Below, piece by piece: positions 47,501 through 57,112 of a stretch of 64,000 nt of DNA. Position numbers and translations under genes: made by a program. Position 1 is the first letter of the stretch. Each line of letters begins with the position of its first letter. The DNA comes from Alphaproteobacteria bacterium (GTDB taxonomy: Bacteria > Pseudomonadota > Alphaproteobacteria > GCA-2731375). Under the pieces are notes generated by a model. It was not told the origin of the DNA. It was given only the letters and a program-made list of their open reading frames with translations, and made no database searches. The stretch is from positions 3,552,001-3,616,000 of the forward strand of contig CBDDPY010000002.1 in NCBI GenBank assembly GCA_965232515.1, written 5' to 3'.

Positions 47501-49367
47501 ACCCCTGGCCGTTCTCGTCCGTCACCTTGGCGAACCGGCCGGCATTGACGATGGCTTCGCCTGAATCGATGCCGCCCGCCACGATCTGATAGCCGGCATT
47601 CGCCTCGGTCTCCAGATGCGCGCCGTTGCCGATGCTGAGCTGGCCGTCGCGCTGTACGACCTGTCCGCCGCCTTGCACAACAAGATTGGTGTCGAGCATC
47701 TTGTCGCCGCCGGAAATCTCGAGAATGGCCCGCGGTCCGACGACCAGCTTGCTGGTCCCGGCGGCCACGTTGGCGGCGTCACCAGAAATCGTGCCGCCGA
47801 GCCACTGGTCGGTGAAGTCGTCCGACAACTCGGCCTGACTGTTGAGTTGCAGCGCGCCGTCGGTGGTCAGGTCGCTGTTGACGGTCAGCCGCTGCGCGCT
47901 CGAATCCTCGGCAATGCTCAACGCCGCCTGCACGGCGAGCGATCCCGTCGCCTGAATGGACTGAATGTTGGCCGGCTGCTGTTGCAGGGTGACGGCGGCG
48001 TTGTCGATCCGGACGACATCGACGCCCGGATCTGACGTGCCGGGCGTGCTGATCGTGGGTTCGCCGTTGGGGTCCCGCCAGTTCGTGACGGTTTCGCCGT
48101 TGAGCTGGCAGGTGTCGTGCCAGAACGAGGTGCCGCAGGCGCCGGCCCAGATGAATTCGTTGCTCTCCGGCGTCAGCGGATCGAGGATCACCACCCAGGC
48201 TTCGAGCCGATTGCTGAAATTGATGCCGGTGCCGGTGACTACCCGGCCGTCGGCGGAAATGCCGGTCGCCTCGTTCAGCCGCGTGAAGCCGGGTGTGCCG
48301 AGACCGAAATCGTCGCGCAGCGCCTGCTTCAGGTCGCGCATGCCATTGCTCTCGTCCCAGATGAAGGCCCTGGTCGCGCCGCCGCTGCTGGTTTCGCTTT
48401 CGCCGACGACGATCGACCCGTCGCCCGAGGCGGCAAAGGCGCGGCTGTCGAAGTCGCCGCCGGGCAGGTCGCCGAGGCCGACCATGCCGGTCTCCGCCGT
48501 CCAGCGGAACGCCTCTCTCTCAATCGCGCCTGTCCCCGCGGCCCGTCTGCTGGACAGGCCGACGACCGTGCTGCCGTCCTGCGAGATGTCCAGTGCCTGA
48601 CTGCTCGCAAGTTCGCCTGGCAGCACGCCCAGGAACTGCGCACCGCCGCTGAACAGGGTGGCTTCGGCCCGGCCGTCGAAGGCGTCGTTCGCGGTGGTGC
48701 TCACGAACGACCGGCCGTCGCCCGAAATGGCTTGCGGTACCACGTCGCCGATACCGAGATCGGACGGGCCACCGCTGAATGACGCCCCCTTGGTGCCGGT
48801 ATCGTCGGTTCCGGAGCCGAGAATGACGCTGCCGTCGTCGGAAATCGCCGTGGCTTGGCTTCTGAAGTTCCGATCTATCGGACCGGGTCGGGGGCTGAAC
48901 GGCCCACCCGGCAGGTCGCCAAGCCCGACCATGCTGCCGGCGCCGGTGGCGGCGTTCGACAGGGTCCATTTGTAGGCTTCACCCTGGCTCGTGGGCGTCG
49001 TTGAAAAACCGACCACGGTGCTGCCGTCCCCGGAGACCCCCAGAGGACGGCTTCGCGGTCTTTCGCCACCAAGCGTGCCCAAATCGACGATGCCGGTCTC
49101 GAATGTCCAACGGAAGGACGTGCCGACAACTCCGGCGACCGGCGAAGAACCGGCGGTGCCCACCACGGTCGTGCCGTCGGCGGAAATCGCCGCCGCCTCG
49201 GTCCGCTGGGAAAAATCGCCGTCAAGGAAGCCGAGACCCATGAAAATCGGATCGGCCGCCACCGGCGGCGCCGATATCGCCAGGACGGTGGCTGTCAGGA
49301 GGGCAAATCTATGTCGTGTTCGCGCGTCGGCACGGCTGGAGCTTCGCATTCGACGGATTTGGCACAT
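44529..49367 (-). CDS. Large secreted PEP-CTERM protein (HAF-like repeats plus Gly/Asn-rich beta-strand repeats)
   Basis: Signal peptide; repeated AFRWT..GMVGLGDLPGG units; long G/N/T-rich region; SPGILEITGDYNQ..LEIEIAG..YDQL; C-terminal VPEPPTVLVLLMALAGFAWMRRR. Confidence 0.88.
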   Translation of the reverse strand: MCQIRRMRSSSRADARTRHRFALLTATVLAISAPPVAADPIFMGLGFLDGDFSQRTEAAAISADGTTVVGTAGSSPVAGVVGTSFRWTFETGIVDLGTLGGERPRSRPLGVSGDGSTVVGFSTTPTSQGEAYKWTLSNAATGAGSMVGLGDLPGGPFSPRPGPIDRNFRSQATAISDDGSVILGSGTDDTGTKGASFSGGPSDLGIGDVVPQAISGDGRSFVSTTANDAFDGRAEATLFSGGAQFLGVLPGELASSQALDISQDGSTVVGLSSRRAAGTGAIEREAFRWTAETGMVGLGDLPGGDFDSRAFAASGDGSIVVGESETSSGGATRAFIWDESNGMRDLKQALRDDFGLGTPGFTRLNEATGISADGRVVTGTGINFSNRLEAWVVILDPLTPESNEFIWAGACGTSFWHDTCQLNGETVTNWRDPNGEPTISTPGTSDPGVDVVRIDNAAVTLQQQPANIQSIQATGSLAVQAALSIAEDSSAQRLTVNSDLTTDGALQLNSQAELSDDFTDQWLGGTISGDAANVAAGTSKLVVGPRAILEISGGDKMLDTNLVVQGGGQVVQRDGQLSIGNGAHLETEANAGYQIVAGGIDSGEAIVNAGRFAKVTDENGQGSEQVTIDADVVNNGGRIETEIGRLTFTGRNTHNGGEYRAGDGATLELLDGVTEVTGSLDASGAGNLELNGGSYTVKPGAEATFDFNGDVGVLLNNVLLDAQGRLTNQGRMTFREGTIAGGTVDNGNVTGGLANAAGGRFQIQEQGGPKTLQGVLLNAGTIEHQRNADLLVDGGRIVNQTGGEYTLARRSRIIGGGAFDNAGGTLRVNAPGVLFEGPQISADFNMSNGGQLIIEEGFLELQGAGNHQGSGVFDTRDRAGDLVNTGGLSFVGDQTFNGDFRITGSGATNIVNAFNIQSGTVTADMIGPTGNVRMSIGEAATGNPSINATGGTFVNKSQFFFSRGSLTGGTATDSGSINGFENQGGTVSITTFNNRFVKIADGVLRNVGASTGAGLIEQEGDLDVVNGFILNDAGGVYEFRIAEIGRAANPDTSGAFRNRGGTLKKTGGGNADIRVGFEMSGGEVQVEAGTLSYFGAVSHTSTGQYTISEGASLKFQHTGENVFRGDYRIDGQGTAELVGGRDLKTEGNLVIDLNGPGKFMFDGSTIGGFGDSGTALINQGNAEWKGGTFGLFKNDGGHVDVVAGGLNKKQFFDVFENTGTVAHAADATVTFNSSNSRLINSGTYNLHGNLAGEPATQGVIENRSDGVFKLAAENVVRTFRGDFDNAGTVEVAQGSTLNLRGDVAQFGRNLLLDFELDGGTWIAHNGALIRLEENVDRVVASSGNVIMNGTGRLAAIPDATNATNQDFTNNGLFSLNQNAVFDTSADFVNNATLTIDSTSTLNVNGQFESNDGALNIINGMLTTTDLDVDGGSFAGVGTINAQTFNNFGALLGPGVSPGILEITGDYNQFVDGLLEIEIAGTEVGSEYDQLQVGGTATFAAGTGILIQLLDPLSFESIANPFLPSVGDIFDIVVAETIVVPDPANLIDLFDFGLLPTGLVFAPMLMDWEGELDVLRLLVEAAPTTVADVPEPPTVLVLLMALAGFAWMRRRQT

Positions 49368-49486
49368 GACAACCTCGCACGCCCAACAAACGACGGCTGT
49401 CCCTCTCAGCGGTCTCTAGGTTCAAATTCCCGTCGGCGGACCTCCTCGCCGGTCCCCAGCCTAGGGGACCGCGAAAAGGGCGCGCA

Positions 49487-49502
49487 TCCTACGAATGTAG
49501 GA
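49487..49502. promoter_or_regulatory. Palindromic operator TCCTAC-N4-GTAGGA
   Basis: TCCTACGAATGTAGGA between the LuxR-type gene and the PEP-CTERM gene. Confidence 0.55.
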
Positions 49503-49535
49503 AAGCGTTAACCCTGGCCGGTGCTTGGACGGCGG

Positions 49536-50666
49536 TCAGAAAGGCCGGCGATATTGCTGCAGGAGGCGGATCAGATCGGTCTGGCGGTTGACGTCCAGCT
49601 TCGCCATCAGGGCATAGAGCTGGGTCCGGACCGTGGAGACGGCGACGCCGCGCTGCTCGGCCAGTTCCGAGACCGACAGGCCGATATCGATGGCGCAGGC
49701 GATGTCTACCTCGGCCGCGGTCAGATCGTAGCTCTCCCGCAGCAGATCGGCGTCCAGGCGGACGAACGTCGACGGATCGCGAATGAACACGATCGCCGCG
49801 GCCGGCGTCGTTAGAACCGTGGCCGACGGCGTCGGCAACGGCCGGACCGCGACAAGATAGGGGCGTCGTCTGCTTGGCCGATGTACCGCGAAGTTACGCC
49901 TGCCGATATCGTCCGCTTCGCCCACGACCGTCGGCAGGCTCGCAAGCGCGGCCTCCAAGCGGGCGGCTGCATTCTTGTCGGAAATGCAGATCCGGCGATC
50001 GACGACCGTGATCCCATCGCCGCCCGAGAAAACCTCGGCGGCGGCGCTGTTGACGCACAAGACAGCGCCCGAGCGATCGATGAGGACGGCGGCTTCGCCC
50101 AGGCCTTCCAACCCGCCGAGCAGGGAATCGGTTTGCAGGCCGGCGTCATGCAGCCTGAATTTGAGGTCCAGCGCCTGGCTTACATGCGGCAGCAGCCGGC
50201 GCACGGTCTCGACTTCGGCCTTGCCGACATGGCCTTGTCCTGGCGAGCGTTGCGCCGCGATGACGCCGGCGTGGCCCGAGGTGTTCAGAACATGGCCGGC
50301 GACGAAATAGCGCAAGCCCTGCGGCGCCAGGCAGTCGTTGTAGAACTCGTCGCTGTCGATCTCGTCGTCGCTGATGATCAGGTGGTCGTAGGAGACGCGG
50401 CCCGACGGCATCTGCCCCAGGCGGATGACGCGCGGCGAGATTCCGCCGTAGTAGTTCAGGTACTCCGCCGAATTGACCATCTCGAGCCGTTTGCCCAGCT
50501 CGATCATGACCGGCCGGCCGCTCTTCTTGTCGATAATCTCGAAACTGACGCCGACAGCGTCCAGCAGGTCGGCCATGCCGTCCAGTGCCGACGCCCACAT
50601 ACGGTCGTCCAGCGCTGACGCATAGATCTTTTCGACGACGTCCAGGAAAGCCGCTGCCTGCGCCAT
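49536..50666 (-). CDS. LuxR/CsgD-type HTH regulator with GAF-like and PAS-like domains
   Basis: IYASALD..W, LLPHVSQAL, C-terminal YDLTAAE...GLSVSELAEQRGVAVSTVRTQL...KLDVNRQTDL. Confidence 0.9.
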   Translation of the reverse strand: MAQAAAFLDVVEKIYASALDDRMWASALDGMADLLDAVGVSFEIIDKKSGRPVMIELGKRLEMVNSAEYLNYYGGISPRVIRLGQMPSGRVSYDHLIISDDEIDSDEFYNDCLAPQGLRYFVAGHVLNTSGHAGVIAAQRSPGQGHVGKAEVETVRRLLPHVSQALDLKFRLHDAGLQTDSLLGGLEGLGEAAVLIDRSGAVLCVNSAAAEVFSGGDGITVVDRRICISDKNAAARLEAALASLPTVVGEADDIGRRNFAVHRPSRRRPYLVAVRPLPTPSATVLTTPAAAIVFIRDPSTFVRLDADLLRESYDLTAAEVDIACAIDIGLSVSELAEQRGVAVSTVRTQLYALMAKLDVNRQTDLIRLLQQYRRPF

Positions 50667-50856
50667 GTTCTTATCCTTATCTGAAGCGCAAACGCGCGAC
50701 CGACCCCGCCGCCTGTGATGTTATTATGTCAAATTGGTTAATTCAAACGCCCAAATCCCGGGATTGATAACGTATCCGAGATGAATCTTCGGCAAACGCG
50801 GCGAGGCCCCCGAAGGCCGAGAGACGAATTCACTTCTTAACGTGGCTTGAGATGTC

Positions 50857-50945
50857 GCTGGATGCCCGCGTCAAGCGCGGGTATGACGGTAAAGTGTTGA
50901 TATTAATGACAATTCGTCATTGCCGGGCTTGACCCGGCAATCCAG
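50857..50945. repeat. REP-doublet (RIME-like) palindromic element, copy 2
   Basis: GCTGGATGCCCGCGTCAAGCGCGGGTATGACG...CGTCATTGCCGGGCTTGACCCGGCAATCCAG. Confidence 0.85.
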
Positions 50946-50982
50946 AGCAATTGCCCGGACCGGAAAAACAAGCCGGCGGCTT

Positions 50983-51222
50983 CTATCTCTTCGACAGGTA
51001 GGCGACGCAGTCGTTCAGGCTCTGCAGCTGCGGATAGTCGGCTTCGGGCACCTCGATGCCGGTGGCGGCGGCGAGGCCGGTCACGAAATTCAGGAAATCC
51101 ATGGAATCGATCTCGAACTGATCGCGGAACGGCGTGTCGGGCTCGATCTCCTCGCCTTCCAGGTCGGGCGCGACCTCGAACAGCGTGCGGCGGACGAGAT
51201 CGGCGATTTCGGCGTCGGTCAT
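50983..51222 (-). CDS. Acyl carrier protein
   Basis: IDSMDF phosphopantetheine Ser motif; 79 aa, acidic; overlaps the E2 stop. Confidence 0.9.
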   Translation of the reverse strand: MTDAEIADLVRRTLFEVAPDLEGEEIEPDTPFRDQFEIDSMDFLNFVTGLAAATGIEVPEADYPQLQSLNDCVAYLSKR

Positions 51223-52380
51223 AGCGTTTCGGGCTCCTGCAACAAGCGGTCAAGCCGTTTCAGGAAACGGCTGCCGCGGCGGCCGTCGCTGACCCGATGG
51301 TCGGCGGCAAGCGTGGCGTTGACCAGCCGACGCGGACGGACGTCGCCATCGACCAGCCAGGGCCGGTCGGACGGCGCGCCGAAGCCGACGATGGCGACCT
51401 GCGGCGGATAGATCACGGGATAGAGCGTCTCGACCTCGTCCTCGCCGAGCGACGTGACGGTGATGGTCGGATCGCTCATCTCCGAGCCGCGGATTCGGCC
51501 GGTGCGGGCCCGGCCGACGAGATCGCGCAGCGCCGCCATCAGGTCGTCGAGGCCGAGACGGTCGCAATCGTGGATCGCCGGCGCGATCAGACCGCCGCCG
51601 CGCAGCGCGATGGCGACACCGAGATGCACGGGCTCCGACGGCCGGAATTCACCGTCGACATAGAGGCCGTTCAGCCCCGGCGACTCCCTGAGCGCGAGCG
51701 CCGTCGCCTTCAGCAGCGGCACCGCCGGCAGCAGCCGCTCGGTGATCGGGCGTTCGGCGTTCGCCGCCGTCAGCCACTCGGTCACGGCGGTCAGGTCGAT
51801 GGTGGCGCCGAGATAGTAGTGCGGGATCTCGCGCTTGGCGCGGGCCATGGCGGCGGCGACGGCCTTGCGCATCTCCGTCAGGTCGAGGCCCGGCTTGACC
51901 GCCGGGCCGGCGCGTTTGGCGGCCGCCGCCTCGACGTCGCGAAGGGCGATGGCGCCGCCAGGACCGCTGCCGTGCAGGCGCGCGAGATCGACGCCGAGCG
52001 CCTCGGCTTTGCGCCGCGCCGCCGGCGAGACCCGCCGGCGCGTACCGCGCTCCGGAACCGCGACGGGCGGCGACGGCGCCGCGACGGGCGCGGCCGCCGG
52101 GACCAGTTCGGCGGGCGCCGGTGCGGCCGACTTCGGCGGCGCCACGGCCCCATCGCCGGTATCGATGGTCGCCAGAAGCGTGCCGACTGGCACCTCCTCG
52201 CCCACGTCGACGGCGATGCCGACGAGCGTGCCGGTCTCGAAAATCTCGATCTCGATGGCGCCCTTCTGGGTTTCGACCACGGCGACGATATCGCCCCGGT
52301 CGACATGATCGCCCGGCTTGACCAGCCATTCGACGAGCGTGCCGGCGTCCATATCGGCGCCGAGCGACGGCATCACGAAG

Positions 52381-52388
<8 letters not shown>
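51219..52388 (-). CDS. Dihydrolipoamide acyltransferase (E2)
   Basis: Lipoyl domain (MPSLG...ETQKG), SPAARR peripheral subunit-binding domain, catalytic DHRVSDG. Confidence 0.93.
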
Positions 52389-53366
<978 letters not shown>

Positions 53367-53370
<4 letters not shown>

Positions 53371-54359
53371 GACGCCGCCCCCGGCGCCGGCGTCATCACG
53401 TCGCGGGCCAGGTCCTCGACCGGTTCCCACGGCGCGGCCTCGGCGAAATCGACGGCCGCCGCGAGCTCAGCCGCGATCGCGTCTTCAGCGGCCGACAGAT
53501 CCGCCTCGTGCGCCAGACCGGCCGCCAGGATCCAGTCACCGAACAGCTTCAGCGGATCGCGCTTTCGCCATTCCTCGACCTCGGCCTTGTCGCGGTAGAG
53601 CTCGGCGTCGAACATGGAATGGGCGCGAAAGCGGTAGGTCCGATTCTCCAAGAGATACGGCCCCTCGCCGCTCCGAACATGCGCCGCGGCCTTGCGCGCC
53701 GCCGCCTCCACGGCGACCACATCCATGCCGTCGACGGCCGCGGCCGGAACGCCGTAGCTCTCGGCATGCCGGGTCAGGTCGGTCTGCGATTCCGACCGCT
53801 CCAGCGCCGTGCCCATGGCGTAACCGTTGTTCTCGACGACGAACAGCACCGGCAGCTTCCACAACGCCGCCAGGTTCATGGACTCGTGAAACTCGCCCTC
53901 CGCCGCCGCGCCCTCGCCGAAGAAGCAGCAGGTGACGCGCTGCCGGTCTTGCATCCGGTCGGCCAGGCCCAGGCCGACGGCGATCGGCAATCCGCCGCCG
54001 ACGATGGCGTTACCGCCATAGAACCGCGTTTCGGCATCGAAGATATGCATCGAGCCGCCGCGGCCCCGGCTGCAACCCTCGGCCTTGCCGTACATCTCGG
54101 CCATGACCCGGTCCATCGGCAGACCACGGGCCAGCGCATGGCCGTGCTCGCGATAGGTGGCGACGATCGCGTCGTCCGGCGTCAGCGCCTGCATGACGCC
54201 GACGGCGTTCGCCTCCTCGCCGATATAGAGGTGCAGGAAGCCGCGGATCTTGCCGGCGCTGTAGAGCTCGGCGCACTTCTCCTCGAAGCGGCGGATGCGC
54301 ATCATTTCGCGCCACAGGTTCTGCACGTGCTCGGGCGACAGGTGCGGTTTGTCGCTCAT
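53367..54359 (-). CDS. pdhA: Pyruvate dehydrogenase-like E1 alpha subunit
   Basis: [26 protein letters not shown]...NN ThDP motif, YRFRAHSM. Confidence 0.9.
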
Positions 54360-56113
54360 GCGCCGCTCTCCAGGGTCGACAGATCGCCTTCCGGCAAACC
54401 GAGCTCGCGCGCCTTCAGCAGCCGGCGCATGATCTTGCCGGAGCGGGTCTTGGGCAGGTTGTCCTGAAAGGCGATCTCGCGCGGCGCCACGGCGGGGCCG
54501 AGCCGTTTGCGGGCGTGCGCCATCAGCTCGCGGCGCAGCGCGTCCGTCGGCTCGTAGCCGGGATTGAGCGCGACGAAGGCCTTCACGACTTCCATCGAGA
54601 TCGGATCCGGCATGCCGATGACGCCCGCCTCGGCCACGGCGGCATGCTCGATCAGGGCGCTCTCGACCTCGAACGGCCCAATCAGATGGCCGGCCGACTT
54701 GATCACGTCGTCGGCCCGACCGACGAACCAGAAATAGCCGTCGGCGTCGCGGCGGGCGAGATCGCCGGTCAGGTACCAGTCGCCGACAAAGGTCTTTTGA
54801 TAGCGCGCCTCCTCGTCGAGATAACCGCGGAACATGGACGGCCAGCCGCGGCGCAGCGCCAACTCGCCCTCGACGTCCGGTTCCTCGATGACCTCGATCG
54901 CGTCGTCCTCGCGCCGTACCACGGCGGCCTCGATGCCCGGCAACGGCCGACCCATGGACCCCGGCTTCACGTCCATGGCGCGATAGTTCGCGATCATGAT
55001 GCCGCCGGTCTCCGACTGCCACCAATTGTCATGGATCGGCTGGCCGAAAGCTTCCATGCCCCAGGTCACGGCCTCGGGGTTCAACGGCTCGCCAACGCTC
55101 GAAATGAAACGTAAGCCCGAGAGGTCGTAGCCGCGGGCCGCCTCGGCGCCCAGCTTCATCAGCATGCGCACGGCCGTCGGCGCCGTGTACCAGACCGTCA
55201 CATGGTTGTCCTGCAGGATCCGGTACCAGCGCTCGGCGTCGAATTCCTGCGCATCCGAGATCAGCGTCACGCCGCAGGTCAGCGGCGCGATGATGCCGTA
55301 GGAGGTGCCGGTCACCCAGCCCGGATCGGCCGTGCACCAGAAGACATCGTCGTCCTGCAGGTCGAGCGCCAGACGGCCTGTCGCGTGATGCGCCACCACC
55401 GCGCGATGCACGTGCATGGCGCCCTTCGGCGTGCCGGTGGTGCCGCTGGTGAAGTGCAGGATCGCCAGGTCTTCCGGATCGGTCGGCGGGATGGTGAAGT
55501 CGTCGTCGGCCGCCGCCATCAGCGCCGACCAGTCCTCGACCGAGCCATCGTCGTCATCCGGCCCGTCAACCAGGATCACGTATTCCAGATCGGGCAGGCG
55601 TTCGCGAATGCCCGCGACCTTGCGCCGGTAGAGACGTTTAGTCGTGACCAGCGCCTTGGCGCCGCCGATCGACATGCGCGCCTGGATCGGCTCCGGCCCG
55701 AAGGCGGCGAACAGCGGACACAGCACGGCGCCACGTTTCCAGGTCCCAATGGCGGCGACATAGAGCGCCGGCCGGCGGTCGAGCAGCATGAAGACACGAT
55801 CGCTCTTGCCGACGCCCAGACCGTCAAGAACGTTGGCGAACCGGTTGCTGTCGCGGGCGAGACTGTCGTAGCTGACGTCGACCGCCTGCCCGCCGGGATC
55901 GATCCAGCGGATCGCCGTCCTGGCCCCGTGACCAGCGGCCACGTGGCGGTCGACCGCCTCATAGGCGATGTTCAGCCCGCCGTTGCCGGGCAGTCCAGCC
56001 AGCCAGCCCTCGGCCGTCCGCCAATCGAAGCCGGCCTGCTGGCGGTCGTAGTCGTCCAGGTTCGGCGACGGCGCGGACTGCTGACGCGGCTTGTGAATCG
56101 ATTCCAACGGCAT
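54356..56113 (-). CDS. acsA: Acetate--CoA ligase (AcsA type)
   Basis: [47 protein letters not shown]. Confidence 0.92.
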   Translation of the reverse strand: MPLESIHKPRQQSAPSPNLDDYDRQQAGFDWRTAEGWLAGLPGNGGLNIAYEAVDRHVAAGHGARTAIRWIDPGGQAVDVSYDSLARDSNRFANVLDGLGVGKSDRVFMLLDRRPALYVAAIGTWKRGAVLCPLFAAFGPEPIQARMSIGGAKALVTTKRLYRRKVAGIRERLPDLEYVILVDGPDDDDGSVEDWSALMAAADDDFTIPPTDPEDLAILHFTSGTTGTPKGAMHVHRAVVAHHATGRLALDLQDDDVFWCTADPGWVTGTSYGIIAPLTCGVTLISDAQEFDAERWYRILQDNHVTVWYTAPTAVRMLMKLGAEAARGYDLSGLRFISSVGEPLNPEAVTWGMEAFGQPIHDNWWQSETGGIMIANYRAMDVKPGSMGRPLPGIEAAVVRREDDAIEVIEEPDVEGELALRRGWPSMFRGYLDEEARYQKTFVGDWYLTGDLARRDADGYFWFVGRADDVIKSAGHLIGPFEVESALIEHAAVAEAGVIGMPDPISMEVVKAFVALNPGYEPTDALRRELMAHARKRLGPAVAPREIAFQDNLPKTRSGKIMRRLLKARELGLPEGDLSTLESGA

Positions 56114-56175
56114 GCGGATTGGACGAACGAAGATTGAACCCGCAACCAGCCTGGAATGGCGGCCGGCGCGCGGCC

Positions 56176-56189
56176 ATGACCTGGATCAA
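56176..56189 (-). promoter_or_regulatory. FNR/FixK-like box upstream of acsA
   Basis: Minus strand TTGAT-CCAG-GTCAT vs consensus TTGAT-N4-ATCAA, about 70 bp upstream of the ATG. Confidence 0.55.
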
Positions 56190-56338
56190 TCCTGCGCGAG
56201 GCGTCGCTTTGATGGTACCTTGAATTGGGGATAACGCTTTGAGGGACTTGGGCGGCGTTGCGGCAAGGTCTGAGGGAAATCCAGGCTCGCAAATGCCCGA
56301 CGGCTGGTGTGCAAGCGCGAGGGAAAAAATTCAGGCGT

Positions 56339-57112
56339 GTGATTTCTGGACCTCGAACCCGACGGCCGGGATTGCGCCGGCTTTCCGCGCTCCCGCTGCT
56401 GCCGCTACTGTTGTTGATGCTGGCATTTCCCGCCACCGCCACCGCGCGGCTGGTGATCAACACGACATCGGCGCCGCCGCTCGCCGATGACCGGCAGGCC
56501 GGATTCCAGGACCTCCTGACGTTCGAGATCTTCAGGCGAATCGGTATCGAGGTCGAGGTCCATCGTCTGCCAGGCGAACGCTCGCTGATCAATCTCGAAA
56601 AGGGTATCGATGACGGCACGGTCGTGCGCACGGCCGGCCTGGAAGGTCTCTACCCGAACATGCGCCGCGTGCCGGAGCCGATGATGCGTTGGGAGTTCGT
56701 CGCCTTTGCCAAGGACGTCGACTTCTCGCCCACCGATTGGCGCAGCCTTCGCCCCTACAACGTCGCTTTCATCAACGGCTGGAAGATCGTGGAGGCGAAC
56801 GCCACCGAGGCGAAATCGGTAAAAACGGTGCGGGACCCGAAACAGCTATTCGGGCTTCTGCAGAACGACCGGGCCGACGTTGTCGTCTTCGAGAAATGGC
56901 AGGGCCTACAGATGTTGCAGACGCTTCGGCTGGAAGGGGTAAAGTTGTTGGCGCCGCCTCTGGCCGCGCAGGACATGTACATGTATCTGCACAACCGGCA
57001 TGAGGGCCTGGTCGCGAATGTTTCGGCAGCGATCAAACAAATCAAAGAAGATGGCACCTACGAGCGCCTGTTCGACGAAACCTTGAAACCGCTACTGCGC
57101 GACGGACGTTGA
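56339..57112 (+). CDS. Periplasmic substrate-binding protein (family 3-like)
   Basis: Signal peptide; LPGERSL, G.DDG..R, L.NDRAD, IKEDGTY; start uncertain. Confidence 0.82.
   Translation: MISGPRTRRPGLRRLSALPLLPLLLLMLAFPATATARLVINTTSAPPLADDRQAGFQDLLTFEIFRRIGIEVEVHRLPGERSLINLEKGIDDGTVVRTAGLEGLYPNMRRVPEPMMRWEFVAFAKDVDFSPTDWRSLRPYNVAFINGWKIVEANATEAKSVKTVRDPKQLFGLLQNDRADVVVFEKWQGLQMLQTLRLEGVKLLAPPLAAQDMYMYLHNRHEGLVANVSAAIKQIKEDGTYERLFDETLKPLLRDGR

Noticed and set aside
44529-49367. CRISPR or DGR-like nucleotide repeats in the large PEP-CTERM gene
   Set aside because: Repeats are degenerate protein-level units; no constant repeat-spacer pattern, and no cas or reverse transcriptase genes in the window
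49447-49474. Hairpin GGTCCCC/GGGGACC as terminator of the LuxR-type gene
   Set aside because: No U-tract on the 3' side in the transcribed (minus) orientation
50770-50835. Possible hammerhead ribozyme or c-di-GMP-I riboswitch (GGCAAAC...GAGGCC-CCCGAA-GGCCGA)
   Set aside because: Lacks the CUGANGA/GAAA hammerhead core and the GAAA-loop/GACGCAAAG pattern of the riboswitch; only small hairpins
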